From a bacterium (lineage in GTDB: Bacteria > JAHJDO01): a DNA stretch of 64,000 nucleotides. Positions 29,485 to 40,100 of this stretch are shown piece by piece (the first letter of the stretch is position 1; the number at the start of each line of letters is the position of its first letter). The position numbers and the translations under genes were made by a program. The notes beneath the pieces were generated by a model. That model was not told where the DNA came from and ran no database searches. It worked only from the letters and a program-made list of their open reading frames with translations. The DNA lies in NCBI GenBank assembly GCA_043824255.1, contig JBDRTG010000040.1:1-64000 (forward strand). Reading direction: 5' to 3'.

Positions 29485-30413
29485 AACATAATCTAAATAA
29501 CGCACTTTTCAAAACAAGATCTCGTATACTCTTAGGATTAAAGAAAATAAAGAGTGTTTTGGGACCACATCTAGAACATGAGATTCTGGAGAAATTGGAA
29601 GAGATACTGATAACAGCTGATATTGGAGTTAGGACAACCCGTAAGATCATAAATAATTTAGAAAACTCAATACATAATACTGATAAAAATGATTTTCAGG
29701 CTATTTTGTGTACATTAGAAAGAGAATTACTAAAGGTTTTTGAAAGAAATAATCAGAGAGAAATTCTTCCACAACACCAGTTGACTGGATGTAAGATGCC
29801 TTTGAAAATTATATTAGCTGTTGGTGTAAATGGGGTTGGCAAAACAACCAGTATTGTAAAGATTGCACATAGATATAAAAAGCAGGGGAAAGAGGTTTTA
29901 CTTGTTGCAACAGATACATTTAGAGCAGCAGCAAACGAGCAGATAGAGATATTGGCTAACAGGGCAAATTTGGAACTTATAAAATCTCAATATGGAGCTG
30001 ACCCTGCTTCTGTTTTGTATGATGGAATGATATCAGCAGAAAAAACCAGAAAGGATGTTGTGTTAGTTGATACAGCCGGCAGATTACATACAAAAACAAA
30101 TCTAATGGAAGAAATGGAAAAGATGAACAGGGTAATATGCAAAAATATACAACCATCTAATATTGAAGTGTTATTAATGATAGACTCTACAGCAGGACAT
30201 AATGCTGTGTATCAGACAAGGATTTTTTTAGAGAATCTGGGAGTTACAGGCATAATGTTAACAAAGTTGGATGGCACAGCAAAAGGAGGCATAGTTATTG
30301 CTATTGAGGACGAATTAGAAATACCTGTGAAACTTGTTGGTATAGGAGAGGGAATAGATGATATAGAGAATTTTGTGCCTGCTGACTTTGTAAAGGCAAT
30401 ATTATATGAATAA
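29481..30413 (+). CDS. ftsY: Signal recognition particle receptor FtsY
   Basis: GVNGVGKTT, DTFRAAA, DTAGR, TKLDGTAKGG; TTG start uncertain. Confidence 0.95.
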   Translation: MKHNLNNALFKTRSRILLGLKKIKSVLGPHLEHEILEKLEEILITADIGVRTTRKIINNLENSIHNTDKNDFQAILCTLERELLKVFERNNQREILPQHQLTGCKMPLKIILAVGVNGVGKTTSIVKIAHRYKKQGKEVLLVATDTFRAAANEQIEILANRANLELIKSQYGADPASVLYDGMISAEKTRKDVVLVDTAGRLHTKTNLMEEMEKMNRVICKNIQPSNIEVLLMIDSTAGHNAVYQTRIFLENLGVTGIMLTKLDGTAKGGIVIAIEDELEIPVKLVGIGEGIDDIENFVPADFVKAILYE

Positions 30414-30639
30414 CAGAGCAAACAGATATATTGAAACAATACTGATATTTCTAGCAATATTTAGTGTATGGCCGGCTGTTTTTAGAATAGATAATATTTA
30501 TTTTAAAGTCGTCATGTATGTGTTTTTGGTTGTTATGGCAATTATTTTTTTTAAAAGAATAAGAAGAATTAGAGCATATATGAGTGAACATTCAAATTTT
30601 AAAAAGAAAAAAGTAAGACATTCAAAGAAAAGCGATTGA
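30406..30639 (+). CDS. Small hypothetical membrane protein
   Basis: Two hydrophobic segments and a basic tail; overlaps the ftsY stop. Confidence 0.6.
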   Translation: MNNRANRYIETILIFLAIFSVWPAVFRIDNIYFKVVMYVFLVVMAIIFFKRIRRIRAYMSEHSNFKKKKVRHSKKSD

Positions 30640-30665
30640 CTAGTATTTAAAATATATGTTAGTAT
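30636..30665 (+). promoter_or_regulatory. Putative sigma70 promoter for the 30722..38978 operon
   Basis: TTGACT-18 nt-TAGTAT with extended -10 TG. Confidence 0.55.
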
Positions 30666-30721
30666 TTCGCAATGAAGAAGTGTAAATTCGAAGCACGAAA
30701 TACGAGAAAATTATTAATTCA

Positions 30722-33700
30722 TTGAAAATTAAAAATTCAGTCTTTTTTTTCTGTTATATAACTCTGTTGATCGTGATATCCTTTTCCACAATTTATAGTG
30801 ATAATCTAAATCTAACACAAATTTCAGAACAGGTAGACGCGCAATATATAAAGACTATAGTTTCTGATTTAGCTAATCTTGGATCTAGGGTTCCTGGTTA
30901 TCAAGGTAATGAGGAAGCTTCAAAATATATAGAAAATATTTTTCAAAAGATTGGGCTTGAGAATGTAAAAAGCGAGAATTTTTCAGTCACAGTTCCGATA
31001 GATAAGGGAGCTTCTTTAGTTATTTCCAATACTAATAAAGAGCTTTTGCTGTATTGTTTATGGCCGAATCTTATCAGAACTCCCACTCTTCCATCAGTTG
31101 GTATGAGGAGCCAAGTAATTGATGGAAAAACAGGAAGCTTTGAGGATCTTAACGGCAAGACTATTCAGGATAAGGTTGTCTTACTTGATTTTAACTGTGG
31201 AAATAGATGGCTCGATATTTCAATGCTTGGAGCCAAGGCGTTTATTTTTATAGAGCCAGAGGATACAACGCGTGTTGAAGCTGAAAAGAAGTATCTGAAT
31301 CTGCCATTAAATATACCAAGATATTGGATATCCGGGCAGGATGGGCTTTATCTCAGAGGATTAATAAAAGAAAGTGATGAGAAGTTATTAGATGTTCATC
31401 TTAAGGCAAAGATGGATTGGGAAAGAAAGGTTACCAAGAATGTGCTTGGATGGATTTCTGGAAGCGATTCTGAACTCAAGAAAGAAGTTATAGTTATAGA
31501 GGCATATTATGACAGTATCTCTGTTGTGCCTTCTATAGCACCTGGAGCAGATAGTGCGTGCAGTATAGCTGCTCTTATTCAAATAGCAAAGATTCTCCGT
31601 AACAACCCTCCTTCAAGAACAGTTCTGTTTTTAGCTACATCCGGACATTTCTTAGAGCGACGTGGAATAGATGCCTTTTTACAGGCCCATTGTAGATGGG
31701 AAGAGCCGTTTAAAAGCAAGATTACAGACCCAATGGATATAAAACTTTTCTTGTGTATAGATTTGTCAAGTCACAATAATGAGTTAGTAATATATCATGA
31801 TATAGATACGGATAAAAACCTTGGATATTTTGCTAGTTTTGGTAAAACATTTATGTCTTTTGCAACTGAAATTGGGAGAATATTTAATAAATCCAGAGAC
31901 ACTGTTCTAATCAATGGCATTAGCCCGGAAAAGGGACTGAATATAGATTCAATAACTGCTGGGAAGATTAATACAGATGCGGGCATAATAGGAGTCTGTG
32001 GAATTCCTGCGCTTTGTTTTATAACTGCACATGACAGCAGAAGATTGGTAGATACACCATTGGATAGACTGGAAACTGTTGATTTCAAAAATCTCCTTAC
32101 CCAGGTTAATCATATTAGCTGTTTATTTTATATGGTATTGAATAAAAAAGAACTTTTCCCTGATATCAGGGCGAAGTTCAAGGATAATTTATGTACTTTG
32201 AAAGGTAGAATAGTAACTTTTGATCCTAGAAAAAGCTTTGTGCCTGATCAGCCTGTTGCAGGGGGGCTAGCTGTTTTGAAACTACTTAATATGACCACGG
32301 AGGTCTTTAAGGGCGTGAGACCAGAGTTGATAGAACTGACTGACAAAAATGGCGCATTTGAGATGTCCAGAGTTGGAGGAAACTGTCGATTAGAAGCATA
32401 CTCTTTGAACGCTGAATCTGGGGATATAGTCTATGCTCCTGATATGGGTGTTTACGGAGATGAAATGTATCCAATAGAATTTAAAATTGATTGGAGACTT
32501 GTCGAACATACTATTGTTCTGTTTCCATGTATAGCCACTAATGTTTATGAATTATTAGATCCAAGATATTTGGCACAGCTTGATAATATCGATGTATTTG
32601 AAGAAGGAAATAGTATCCCTTCTTCATATGGGTATTCATTCATAAAGGTAAAACCTTGGGATTGGACGTCTTCTATGGAAACATACGGGGTGGTTTATTC
32701 CTCTCCAAATACACGTATAAAGCTTGCTTTTGGAGCAGGACCTCTTGGAATGCGACTGCTGTTGTTAAATTCAAAAGACGCGGAAAATAAAATTCATTCT
32801 GAAGGCGATGGGTTTTTGATATCTAAGGATGGAACAATAGGAAATACTTCGTTTCAGGCAGCAAAGGATATGCTACTTTTAAACCAGTTTAGAATGGAGA
32901 ATCTGGAAAAGTATGGAATATCGAATGATAGGCTTTGGCATTTACATAAGAAAGCGGAACAAGCTCTGCAAAAAGCTAGTCAGGCTAAAGAGAATAAAAA
33001 ATGGGATGAATTTGTAAAGTATTCAAGAAGAGCAGTTGGAATAGAATCCAGGGCGTATCCAGATGTAAAGGCTACAGCAAATGATGTAATAAAAGGTATT
33101 ATCTTCTATCTTGCACTTCTTATCCCATTTGCTTATTTTATGGAGCGGTTGCTATTTGGGTTTGTAGATATTAAAAAGCAAATTGGCGGAGTAGCAGGCA
33201 TATTTATCGCAATATATATGATCATGCGTTTTGTTCATCCTGCATTTAAGTTGACAAATGCCCCAGAGATAATTCTTCTTGCGTTCATTATAATGATGCT
33301 TTCTGTGATTGTTTTATTGATAATAAGCTCTAAATTTGAAGAGCGAATGCAGAATTTAAAGCGAAAGATGACAAGGTCTTATGAAAGCGATGTTAGCAGA
33401 GCAAGTGTATCAGCTGCTGCATTCTCCTTGGGTATTTCTAATATGAAAAAGCGTAAGATTAGAACTTTATTAACCTCTACAACCCTTATTCTTCTCACGT
33501 TTACAGTGCTTTCATTCACGTCAGTAAAGTCATTTATGAAGTTTAATCAAGTTCCTAGGGATAATAAGCCTCTTTACGAGGGAGCCATGATAAGAGATCG
33601 AACTTGGAATCCGATAGAAGAGTCTGCTTATGAATATATGAAGGCTGAATTCAAAGATATAGCTGATGTGTCTCCAAGGGCATGGTATATTCCCAATAAG

Positions 33701-35170
33701 GATTTTACTACAGGTAAGAGCTACATTAAGGTGAAGAATGGGAATAAATCTGCTTATGTACTTGGATTAATTGGCTTAACTCCTCAAGAAGAAAGGATTA
33801 CAGGTATTAGTAAGTATCTTAAGAATGGGAAATGGTTCAATGATGGAGATAAAAATGTCTGTATTATTTCGGATAAGTTGGCAGACTTGATATCAATATC
33901 TTCAAAGGATGTAGGGAAAAACTATATCCAGATGTTTGGAAATAAACTATTAGTTAAGGGAATATTTAATGCGTCAGATATGTTTGATCTCAATGACCTT
34001 GACGATGAGAGATTGACCCCTGTTGATTTTATGATTACAGATCCTGAGTCAATAAAGAAGTTTAAGCAGCCAAAAGCTGAAAGGATGAGTATTGGGGGAG
34101 GAGGCACGTTAGAATCATTTAATCATTTAGAATATGAAAATGTTATTATGGTTCCGTACAAATTAGTGCAAGAGTTGGGAGGCACTATACAGTCAGTTGC
34201 GATTAAGTTTAATGAAGGTGTAGATGTAAGAAAAAGCATAGAGGATTTTATATCCAGATTGGCAGTTACTCTTTTTGCAGGAATTGATAGAAAGGTTACA
34301 ATATATAGTTCATTAGGACTTAGCTCATTGTCAGGTATGGGAAATTTATTTATACCAATTCTTATTGCTTCTTTAATAGTTCTTAACACTATGATGGGAT
34401 CTGTATATGAGAGATTTAACGAGATTGGAATTTATTCCTCAGTTGGGCTAGCTCCTATTCATATTTCAGCCTTATTTATAGCAGAATCATGTGTATATGC
34501 AGTTTTGGGAGCTGTAGCAGGTTATTTGCTTGGACAGGTAGTAGCAAAGGTTTTAACTGTTTTTGACTTACTGGGGGGATTAACTCTAAATTATTCCTCT
34601 ACTTCAGCAGTAGCTTCTACATTAATTGTAATGGCAACAGTGATTTTATCTACTATCTATCCTGCTAGAAAGGCGGCAGAGCTTGCTGTCCCTGATGTAA
34701 CTAGAAAATGGGAAATTCCTGAACCAATAGGAGATAATTGGGAATTTGATTTTCCATTTACAGTAAGTGGCACAGAAATTCTGGGGTTGAATGTGTTCTT
34801 GAAGGATTATTTTGCATCGTATGAAGAGGAGTCTGTGGGAGATTTCTATACAAATGGAGCAAATCTGTATGCTTTCAAGGAGAAAGAAGAAACAGGGTAT
34901 ATACTTAAGACAAGAGCATGGTTAGCTCCATTTGATCTAGGAGTAAGTCAGGATTTTCAGTTAAAAGCAATTCCTGCAGGAGAATACAATGTGTATAATA
35001 TAAAGTTATTGATTGTGAGACTAAGCGGAGAAACAGGTGCGTGGAAGAGATTAAACAGGCATTTTCTGGACACATTGAGAAAACAGTTTCTTGTGTGGAG
35101 AACCATTAGCCCAGAGATAAAGAATGAATACAAAGAAGAAGGAAAGAAGATGGAGTTAGGAAAAGTGTAG
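30722..35170 (+). CDS. Large membrane protein: degenerate M28-peptidase-like domain, carboxypeptidase-regulatory-like domain, FtsX/MacB-like permease
   Basis: GSRVPGYQGN, AYYDS...PGADS...VLFLATSGH; TLKGRIV...TDKNGAF; MMGSVYERFNEIGIYSSVGL permease motif; several TM helices; TTG start. Confidence 0.8.
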   Translation: MKIKNSVFFFCYITLLIVISFSTIYSDNLNLTQISEQVDAQYIKTIVSDLANLGSRVPGYQGNEEASKYIENIFQKIGLENVKSENFSVTVPIDKGASLVISNTNKELLLYCLWPNLIRTPTLPSVGMRSQVIDGKTGSFEDLNGKTIQDKVVLLDFNCGNRWLDISMLGAKAFIFIEPEDTTRVEAEKKYLNLPLNIPRYWISGQDGLYLRGLIKESDEKLLDVHLKAKMDWERKVTKNVLGWISGSDSELKKEVIVIEAYYDSISVVPSIAPGADSACSIAALIQIAKILRNNPPSRTVLFLATSGHFLERRGIDAFLQAHCRWEEPFKSKITDPMDIKLFLCIDLSSHNNELVIYHDIDTDKNLGYFASFGKTFMSFATEIGRIFNKSRDTVLINGISPEKGLNIDSITAGKINTDAGIIGVCGIPALCFITAHDSRRLVDTPLDRLETVDFKNLLTQVNHISCLFYMVLNKKELFPDIRAKFKDNLCTLKGRIVTFDPRKSFVPDQPVAGGLAVLKLLNMTTEVFKGVRPELIELTDKNGAFEMSRVGGNCRLEAYSLNAESGDIVYAPDMGVYGDEMYPIEFKIDWRLVEHTIVLFPCIATNVYELLDPRYLAQLDNIDVFEEGNSIPSSYGYSFIKVKPWDWTSSMETYGVVYSSPNTRIKLAFGAGPLGMRLLLLNSKDAENKIHSEGDGFLISKDGTIGNTSFQAAKDMLLLNQFRMENLEKYGISNDRLWHLHKKAEQALQKASQAKENKKWDEFVKYSRRAVGIESRAYPDVKATANDVIKGIIFYLALLIPFAYFMERLLFGFVDIKKQIGGVAGIFIAIYMIMRFVHPAFKLTNAPEIILLAFIIMMLSVIVLLIISSKFEERMQNLKRKMTRSYESDVSRASVSAAAFSLGISNMKKRKIRTLLTSTTLILLTFTVLSFTSVKSFMKFNQVPRDNKPLYEGAMIRDRTWNPIEESAYEYMKAEFKDIADVSPRAWYIPNKDFTTGKSYIKVKNGNKSAYVLGLIGLTPQEERITGISKYLKNGKWFNDGDKNVCIISDKLADLISISSKDVGKNYIQMFGNKLLVKGIFNASDMFDLNDLDDERLTPVDFMITDPESIKKFKQPKAERMSIGGGGTLESFNHLEYENVIMVPYKLVQELGGTIQSVAIKFNEGVDVRKSIEDFISRLAVTLFAGIDRKVTIYSSLGLSSLSGMGNLFIPILIASLIVLNTMMGSVYERFNEIGIYSSVGLAPIHISALFIAESCVYAVLGAVAGYLLGQVVAKVLTVFDLLGGLTLNYSSTSAVASTLIVMATVILSTIYPARKAAELAVPDVTRKWEIPEPIGDNWEFDFPFTVSGTEILGLNVFLKDYFASYEEESVGDFYTNGANLYAFKEKEETGYILKTRAWLAPFDLGVSQDFQLKAIPAGEYNVYNIKLLIVRLSGETGAWKRLNRHFLDTLRKQFLVWRTISPEIKNEYKEEGKKMELGKV

Positions 35171-35173
35171 ATT

Positions 35174-37165
35174 ATGGATAAAGAATTTGAACCTGAAGTA
35201 AAGCAGGAATCAGAAGAATTTCTAGACGGATTTAATGTAAAAACCATAATTGCTGGTATTTTTATCGGTCTTGTAATGTTGCCGGGATCTATTTATCTTG
35301 GCTTAATTACAGGTGGTATTATCCCAACTATGTGGGTGACCATGATCTTGTTTGTTGAAATAGCGAAAAGGTCATTTATTAAGCTAAAGAAACAAGAAAT
35401 ATACATAATTGGATATGTAGCAGCAACCTTGGTTGCTGCTGGCATGACAATGGGCGCAGCCAGTCTGGTTCTTCAGGGAGGTATATTTAGCGAAAAGATC
35501 TGGCAGCAGTATTTTATAAGAACTCCGCAAGCGCACTATTTTGGAATTGACAAATTAATTCCTTCATGGGTAGTCCCGTCTCCTGATTCAGGAGTTTTGG
35601 TGAAAAGAACATTTTTAGACTCTGCGTGGATAGTTCCATTACTGATTCTTGTTGGAAGCAATATCTTATTTAGGTTAACTCAATTTGGTCTTGGATATGC
35701 CTTATTCAGAATAACTAATGATGTTGAAAAGCTAGAATTTCCAATGGCGCCAGTTATATCAGAGGGGGTTATGGCTCTTGAGGATATGAGCGCAAAAAAA
35801 GACAGTTGGCGTATGCAGGTATTTACTATTGCAGGTATGATAGGCATAGTCTATGGATTAATTTATGTTGTGATCCCGACTCTAACAGGACTTGTTGCGG
35901 CAAAGCCTTTGATGTTGATTCCTATTCCTTGGGTTGATGCAACAGCTAAGATAAGCAGCTTTCTTCCAGGCGCTATATTGGGATCAATGACAGATCTTGG
36001 ATTTCTCTTTGCTGGCTTTGTCCTACCGTTTTGGGTAATGGCAGGAGGTTTTATAGGCTCTATTTTAGCTAATGTTGTTGGGAATCCCATTTTGCACAAA
36101 TTTGGATTAATTCCACATTGGACGGCAGGTATGGATGTAAGGCAAACAGTTATAGCAACAAGAATGGATTTCTGGATAAGTATTACAATTGGACTTGGTA
36201 TTGTAGTAGCTCTTATAGGTATAGGTGGATTAGTAATGAGTATAATAAAAAAGAAAAGAAGCCAAGGAGTCAATAAGACAGTAGTAGACAATTACAGACC
36301 TCCAAAGGGTAGAGGAGATATTCCTATATGGGTGGCTCTAGGTATCTGGATATTTGCAACCATAGGATATATTTTGCTTTGCCATAAACTTGTTCCTAGC
36401 TTTCCAGTATTATTATTAGTATTGTTTGGCTTTATTCTGACACCGCTTCTCTCGTATATATCAGCAAGACTTTTTGGTATAGCAGGTATGCCAACAGGTG
36501 TTTCATTCCCGTATCTTAGAGAAGGGATATTCATTAAAAGTGGATTTTCTGGGGTAGCTATATGGTTTGCACCAATACCATTTTTTAATGTAGGTGGATA
36601 TACACAAAAGTTTAAAGAACTTGAATTAACAAGAACAAAGCTGAGCAGTCTGATAAAGGCTGAGCTGTTCTCTTTTGTTATTATGGCATTTTGCAGTTTT
36701 CTTTTTTGGGAAGTAATATGGCGGATGGGTCCGATTCCTGCTGCAGCTTATGCATATATAAATAAAATGTGGCCTCTTACAGCAACGTTTCAGGCATTAT
36801 GGGTTTCCACAACAATTAAAGGAGGAAATCCATGGATGCTGGAAGCTATTAAATTATCCAATGTTACATGGAGCATGGTAGCTGGATTAGGAGTGTTTGG
36901 TTTAATAAGTATTTTAAAATTACCTATTACGCTTTTTTACGGAATAATTGTAGGGATAACTGGTTGGTGGCCGCATCATATAATTCCTATGTTTATTGGC
37001 GCCCTATTGGGCAGATTCTATTTTGCTAAGAAATTTGGTGAGAAAAGATGGAGATCGTTTACGCCATTACTGGCTGCAGGTTATGCTTGTGGAGTTGGAT
37101 TGATAGCTATGGTATCAATAGCCATTGCGCTTATTTTTAAATCAGTGTCACAGATTATATTTTGA
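35174..37165 (+). CDS. OPT/YSL-like polytopic membrane protein (putative peptide transporter)
   Basis: Many TM segments; PGSIYLGL, KQEIY, EKLEFPMAPV, LAAGYACG motifs. Confidence 0.7.
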   Translation: MDKEFEPEVKQESEEFLDGFNVKTIIAGIFIGLVMLPGSIYLGLITGGIIPTMWVTMILFVEIAKRSFIKLKKQEIYIIGYVAATLVAAGMTMGAASLVLQGGIFSEKIWQQYFIRTPQAHYFGIDKLIPSWVVPSPDSGVLVKRTFLDSAWIVPLLILVGSNILFRLTQFGLGYALFRITNDVEKLEFPMAPVISEGVMALEDMSAKKDSWRMQVFTIAGMIGIVYGLIYVVIPTLTGLVAAKPLMLIPIPWVDATAKISSFLPGAILGSMTDLGFLFAGFVLPFWVMAGGFIGSILANVVGNPILHKFGLIPHWTAGMDVRQTVIATRMDFWISITIGLGIVVALIGIGGLVMSIIKKKRSQGVNKTVVDNYRPPKGRGDIPIWVALGIWIFATIGYILLCHKLVPSFPVLLLVLFGFILTPLLSYISARLFGIAGMPTGVSFPYLREGIFIKSGFSGVAIWFAPIPFFNVGGYTQKFKELELTRTKLSSLIKAELFSFVIMAFCSFLFWEVIWRMGPIPAAAYAYINKMWPLTATFQALWVSTTIKGGNPWMLEAIKLSNVTWSMVAGLGVFGLISILKLPITLFYGIIVGITGWWPHHIIPMFIGALLGRFYFAKKFGEKRWRSFTPLLAAGYACGVGLIAMVSIAIALIFKSVSQIIF

Positions 37166-37534
37166 ATGAGAGGAATGTCGAAGAAGGAAAGACTTTTAAT
37201 GTCAAGACCAATCAGTAATGAAGCAGTAAGTGCGAAAAAATTCGACAATGATGAATTAGAAATTACTATATATAGAAAGAAGACAAAATTAGTGATTTTA
37301 TTATCAAAGTTGTTTAGATTACCTGAAACCAGAAAGATTATTTTAGATAAAATAGGCGCTTGTGTGTGGACATTGTGTGATGGAAGCAAAACCGTAAATG
37401 ATATAATAAAAGTATTTAGTAGGAAGTATAGCTTGGGCAGAGAAAAGGCAGAAAGATCGTTCCTTGTATATTTAGAGCAATTAGTACGTAGAGGGCTTAT
37501 AGCAATCGCAGCGCCTAAACAGGAGAAAATCTAA
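37166..37534 (+). CDS. PqqD-like (RRE-fold) protein
   Basis: LDKIGACVWTLCDGSKTVNDII...YLEQLVRRGLI. Confidence 0.8.
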   Translation: MRGMSKKERLLMSRPISNEAVSAKKFDNDELEITIYRKKTKLVILLSKLFRLPETRKIILDKIGACVWTLCDGSKTVNDIIKVFSRKYSLGREKAERSFLVYLEQLVRRGLIAIAAPKQEKI

Positions 37535-38184
37535 TGACGGATCAAAAAGAGAAGATTGGAAAGCAAGTAATTCTTCCGCTAAGTAAAGCGGTTGAAATAA
37601 GTGTAAAAAGTATAAAAACAAGGCTGGGACGTTCTATGATAACAGCAAGCGGCATAGTGCTGGCAATAGCGTTTTTAATGTCTATCTTTGTGTCTGGTTC
37701 TATAAATAAGGCATTGCTTGAGAAAGGTTCTGTGGAAGTCAGGGTTCAATTACAGAACACGGGCGGAGAAGGAGAAGAACAGGGTAAGCAAATATGGCTT
37801 GTGGTATTATCACTCATGGTTTGTGTTGTTGGAATCGCAAATGCAATGTTAATGTCAGTTACTGAGAGATACAAGGAAATAGGAACAATGAAGTGTCTTG
37901 GAGCTCTGGATAAATTTATTATTAAATTGTTTCTGCTGGAGTCAGGTTTTATGGGATTATTTGGTTCAATTGCAGGCGCATTATTAGGTGGGTTGCTTAT
38001 GACTATTGTATCAAGTATAAATTATGGATTAGAGGTTATTACTAAGTTTCCAATAATTAGTTTTCTATATTATTTTGTAATTGCGGTAATTTTGGGCACA
38101 GTATTAGCTATTATAGGAGCTATATATCCTGCTTATACTGCTGCTAGAATGGTTCCCGCTGACGCAATGCGCTCGGAAATTTAA
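37534..38184 (+). CDS. FtsX-like ABC permease (short)
   Basis: NAMLMSVTERYKEIGTMKCLGA, YPAYTAARMVPADAMR. Confidence 0.9.
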   Translation: MTDQKEKIGKQVILPLSKAVEISVKSIKTRLGRSMITASGIVLAIAFLMSIFVSGSINKALLEKGSVEVRVQLQNTGGEGEEQGKQIWLVVLSLMVCVVGIANAMLMSVTERYKEIGTMKCLGALDKFIIKLFLLESGFMGLFGSIAGALLGGLLMTIVSSINYGLEVITKFPIISFLYYFVIAVILGTVLAIIGAIYPAYTAARMVPADAMRSEI

Positions 38185-38246
38185 TAAAAGGAAAATTGAT
38201 AATTAATAATTGCTGCTTAAAGCGGCTGATATGGGGGTAGATTATA

Positions 38247-38978
38247 ATGGCTGAAGAAAATGTTGTGAGAACAAGAAATGTTAAAAAAGTTTTTATAATG
38301 GGTGATCTTTCTTTAGAGGCGCTAAAAGGGATTAATCTAGAGATAAAAAGAGGCGAATACATCTCTATAATGGGCCCTTCAGGCTCAGGTAAGTCCACCT
38401 TATTCAATATGATAGGAGGACTTGATAAGCCAAGTGATGGTAAAGTTTATATAGATGAGGTGGATGTTGCTCAATTAGATGCGTATGAATTAGCATGGCT
38501 TAGGTGTCGAAAGATAGGGTATATATTTCAAACCTTTAATTTGATTCCTGTTATGACAGCTTTAGAGAATGTTACTTTGCCAATGACTTTTGCAGGAATG
38601 TCAACAGATGACTCAATAGATAAGGGAATAAGACTTCTTACAATGGTAGGATTAGGAGATAGGATTCAGCACAAACCAATTGAATTATCAGGCGGACAGC
38701 AGCAAAGGGTGGCTGTGGCAAGAGCCTTGGCAAATGACCCCGCTATTGTTCTAGCAGATGAACCAACAGGGAATTTGGATTTAAAAACAGGTAAAGAGAT
38801 CATAGACCTTCTGCGCAAGATGAACAAAGAGCAAGAAGTTACTATTATTTCTGCTACGCATGATTTAAAGATGCTGGATGTTTCTGATAGAGTTTTCTGG
38901 ATTCGTGATGGGAAAGTAGAAAGAGTTGAAAGACGTGCCGATCTTGATCTTAATATTGGCACTGTTGAGGGAGAGTAG
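38247..38978 (+). CDS. ABC ATP-binding protein, LolD/MacB family
   Basis: GPSGSGKST, LSGGQQQRVA, LADEPTGNLD, ATHD. Confidence 0.95.
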   Translation: MAEENVVRTRNVKKVFIMGDLSLEALKGINLEIKRGEYISIMGPSGSGKSTLFNMIGGLDKPSDGKVYIDEVDVAQLDAYELAWLRCRKIGYIFQTFNLIPVMTALENVTLPMTFAGMSTDDSIDKGIRLLTMVGLGDRIQHKPIELSGGQQQRVAVARALANDPAIVLADEPTGNLDLKTGKEIIDLLRKMNKEQEVTIISATHDLKMLDVSDRVFWIRDGKVERVERRADLDLNIGTVEGE

Positions 38979-38993
38979 CAAATTAATATTTTC

Positions 38994-40097
38994 GTGATAT
39001 TCGGGATTATATTGTTATCTGTTATTCTTGTATGGCATGTTTCCTATGCGAATTTGCACAGGAGACTGGAAATCTTGCGTCGTGAGCATGAAAAATTGGA
39101 GCTGCTTTTAATGGATAGCCGTAGGCAGTCATACATCCTGAATGTTATAAAGCAAGCTATAGATATATTTGGAGAGGAGCAAGATTTAGAACAAGTATTA
39201 AGAAGAATAGTAAATGCTGTAGCTAAGATATTACAGGTAGATGTAATTATTCTACAACTATATAGTGATGAACAACAAGATTTCTTTATGCGGGTTATAA
39301 AAGGAAGAAAAGAATTGACTCTTGGAGAGCAGATAAAAGAAGATGTAATAAATAAAGGGCAGTCACATCTGATAAATGATTTATCCTCTTTTCCTAAATA
39401 TAAGTTTTTGAGTGATCAGGGCATAAAGTCTTTGATTGTTGCGCCGTTGCGAAGGAGAAAAAAAGTTATAGGATTAATAGGAGGATTAGCAGATAAGCCG
39501 CGTGATTTTACTGGGGAAGAGCTGGACCTTCTAACAACTGTTGCAAGTCAGGCAGGGTTATTGGCAGAAAATGCGCAGCTACTAGAGAAAACAAAGTTGC
39601 TTTCAATTACAGACGGATTAACTAATTTATATAATCATCGCCATTTTCAGAAAAAATTAATGAGTGAAGTAAAGAGAGCAAAAGAGGAGAAGAAGTCTCT
39701 TTCACTTATAATGGGAGATGTTGATGACTTTAAGCATTACAATGATACTAATGGTCATCCTGCCGGGGATGAAGTGCTACGACAGATTGGAAAGATATTA
39801 AAAAATAATACTAAAAGAGGGGATATTGTTGCTCGTTATGGCGGGGAAGAGTTTGTTATAATACTTCCGAATACATCAGGAAAGGATGCTAAAATTGTAG
39901 CAGAAAAATTAAGAAAAGCTGTTGAAGAGTATAAATTTGTTAATGAAAAAAGTCAGCCAGGCGGCAAGGTCACAATAACTTTTGGACTTGCAGATTATCC
40001 TGAGGATACAGATTCAGCAGAAGAGCTTATGAAGAAAGCAGATGATGCTTTATACAGAGGCAAAGAGTCTGGTAAAAATCAGGTTATTGCTGCATAA
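38994..40097 (+). CDS. Membrane-anchored GAF-GGDEF diguanylate cyclase
   Basis: N-terminal TM; GAF (SLIVAPL...FTGEELDLL); TDGLT, DVDDFKHYND, RYGGEEF. Confidence 0.95.
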   Translation: MIFGIILLSVILVWHVSYANLHRRLEILRREHEKLELLLMDSRRQSYILNVIKQAIDIFGEEQDLEQVLRRIVNAVAKILQVDVIILQLYSDEQQDFFMRVIKGRKELTLGEQIKEDVINKGQSHLINDLSSFPKYKFLSDQGIKSLIVAPLRRRKKVIGLIGGLADKPRDFTGEELDLLTTVASQAGLLAENAQLLEKTKLLSITDGLTNLYNHRHFQKKLMSEVKRAKEEKKSLSLIMGDVDDFKHYNDTNGHPAGDEVLRQIGKILKNNTKRGDIVARYGGEEFVIILPNTSGKDAKIVAEKLRKAVEEYKFVNEKSQPGGKVTITFGLADYPEDTDSAEELMKKADDALYRGKESGKNQVIAA

Positions 40098-40100
40098 AAT

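Noticed and set aside
30406..30639. 77-aa ORF as a RiPP precursor for the PqqD-like protein
   Set aside because: Looks like a two-helix membrane protein, lies upstream of the operon promoter, and no modifying enzymes are present.
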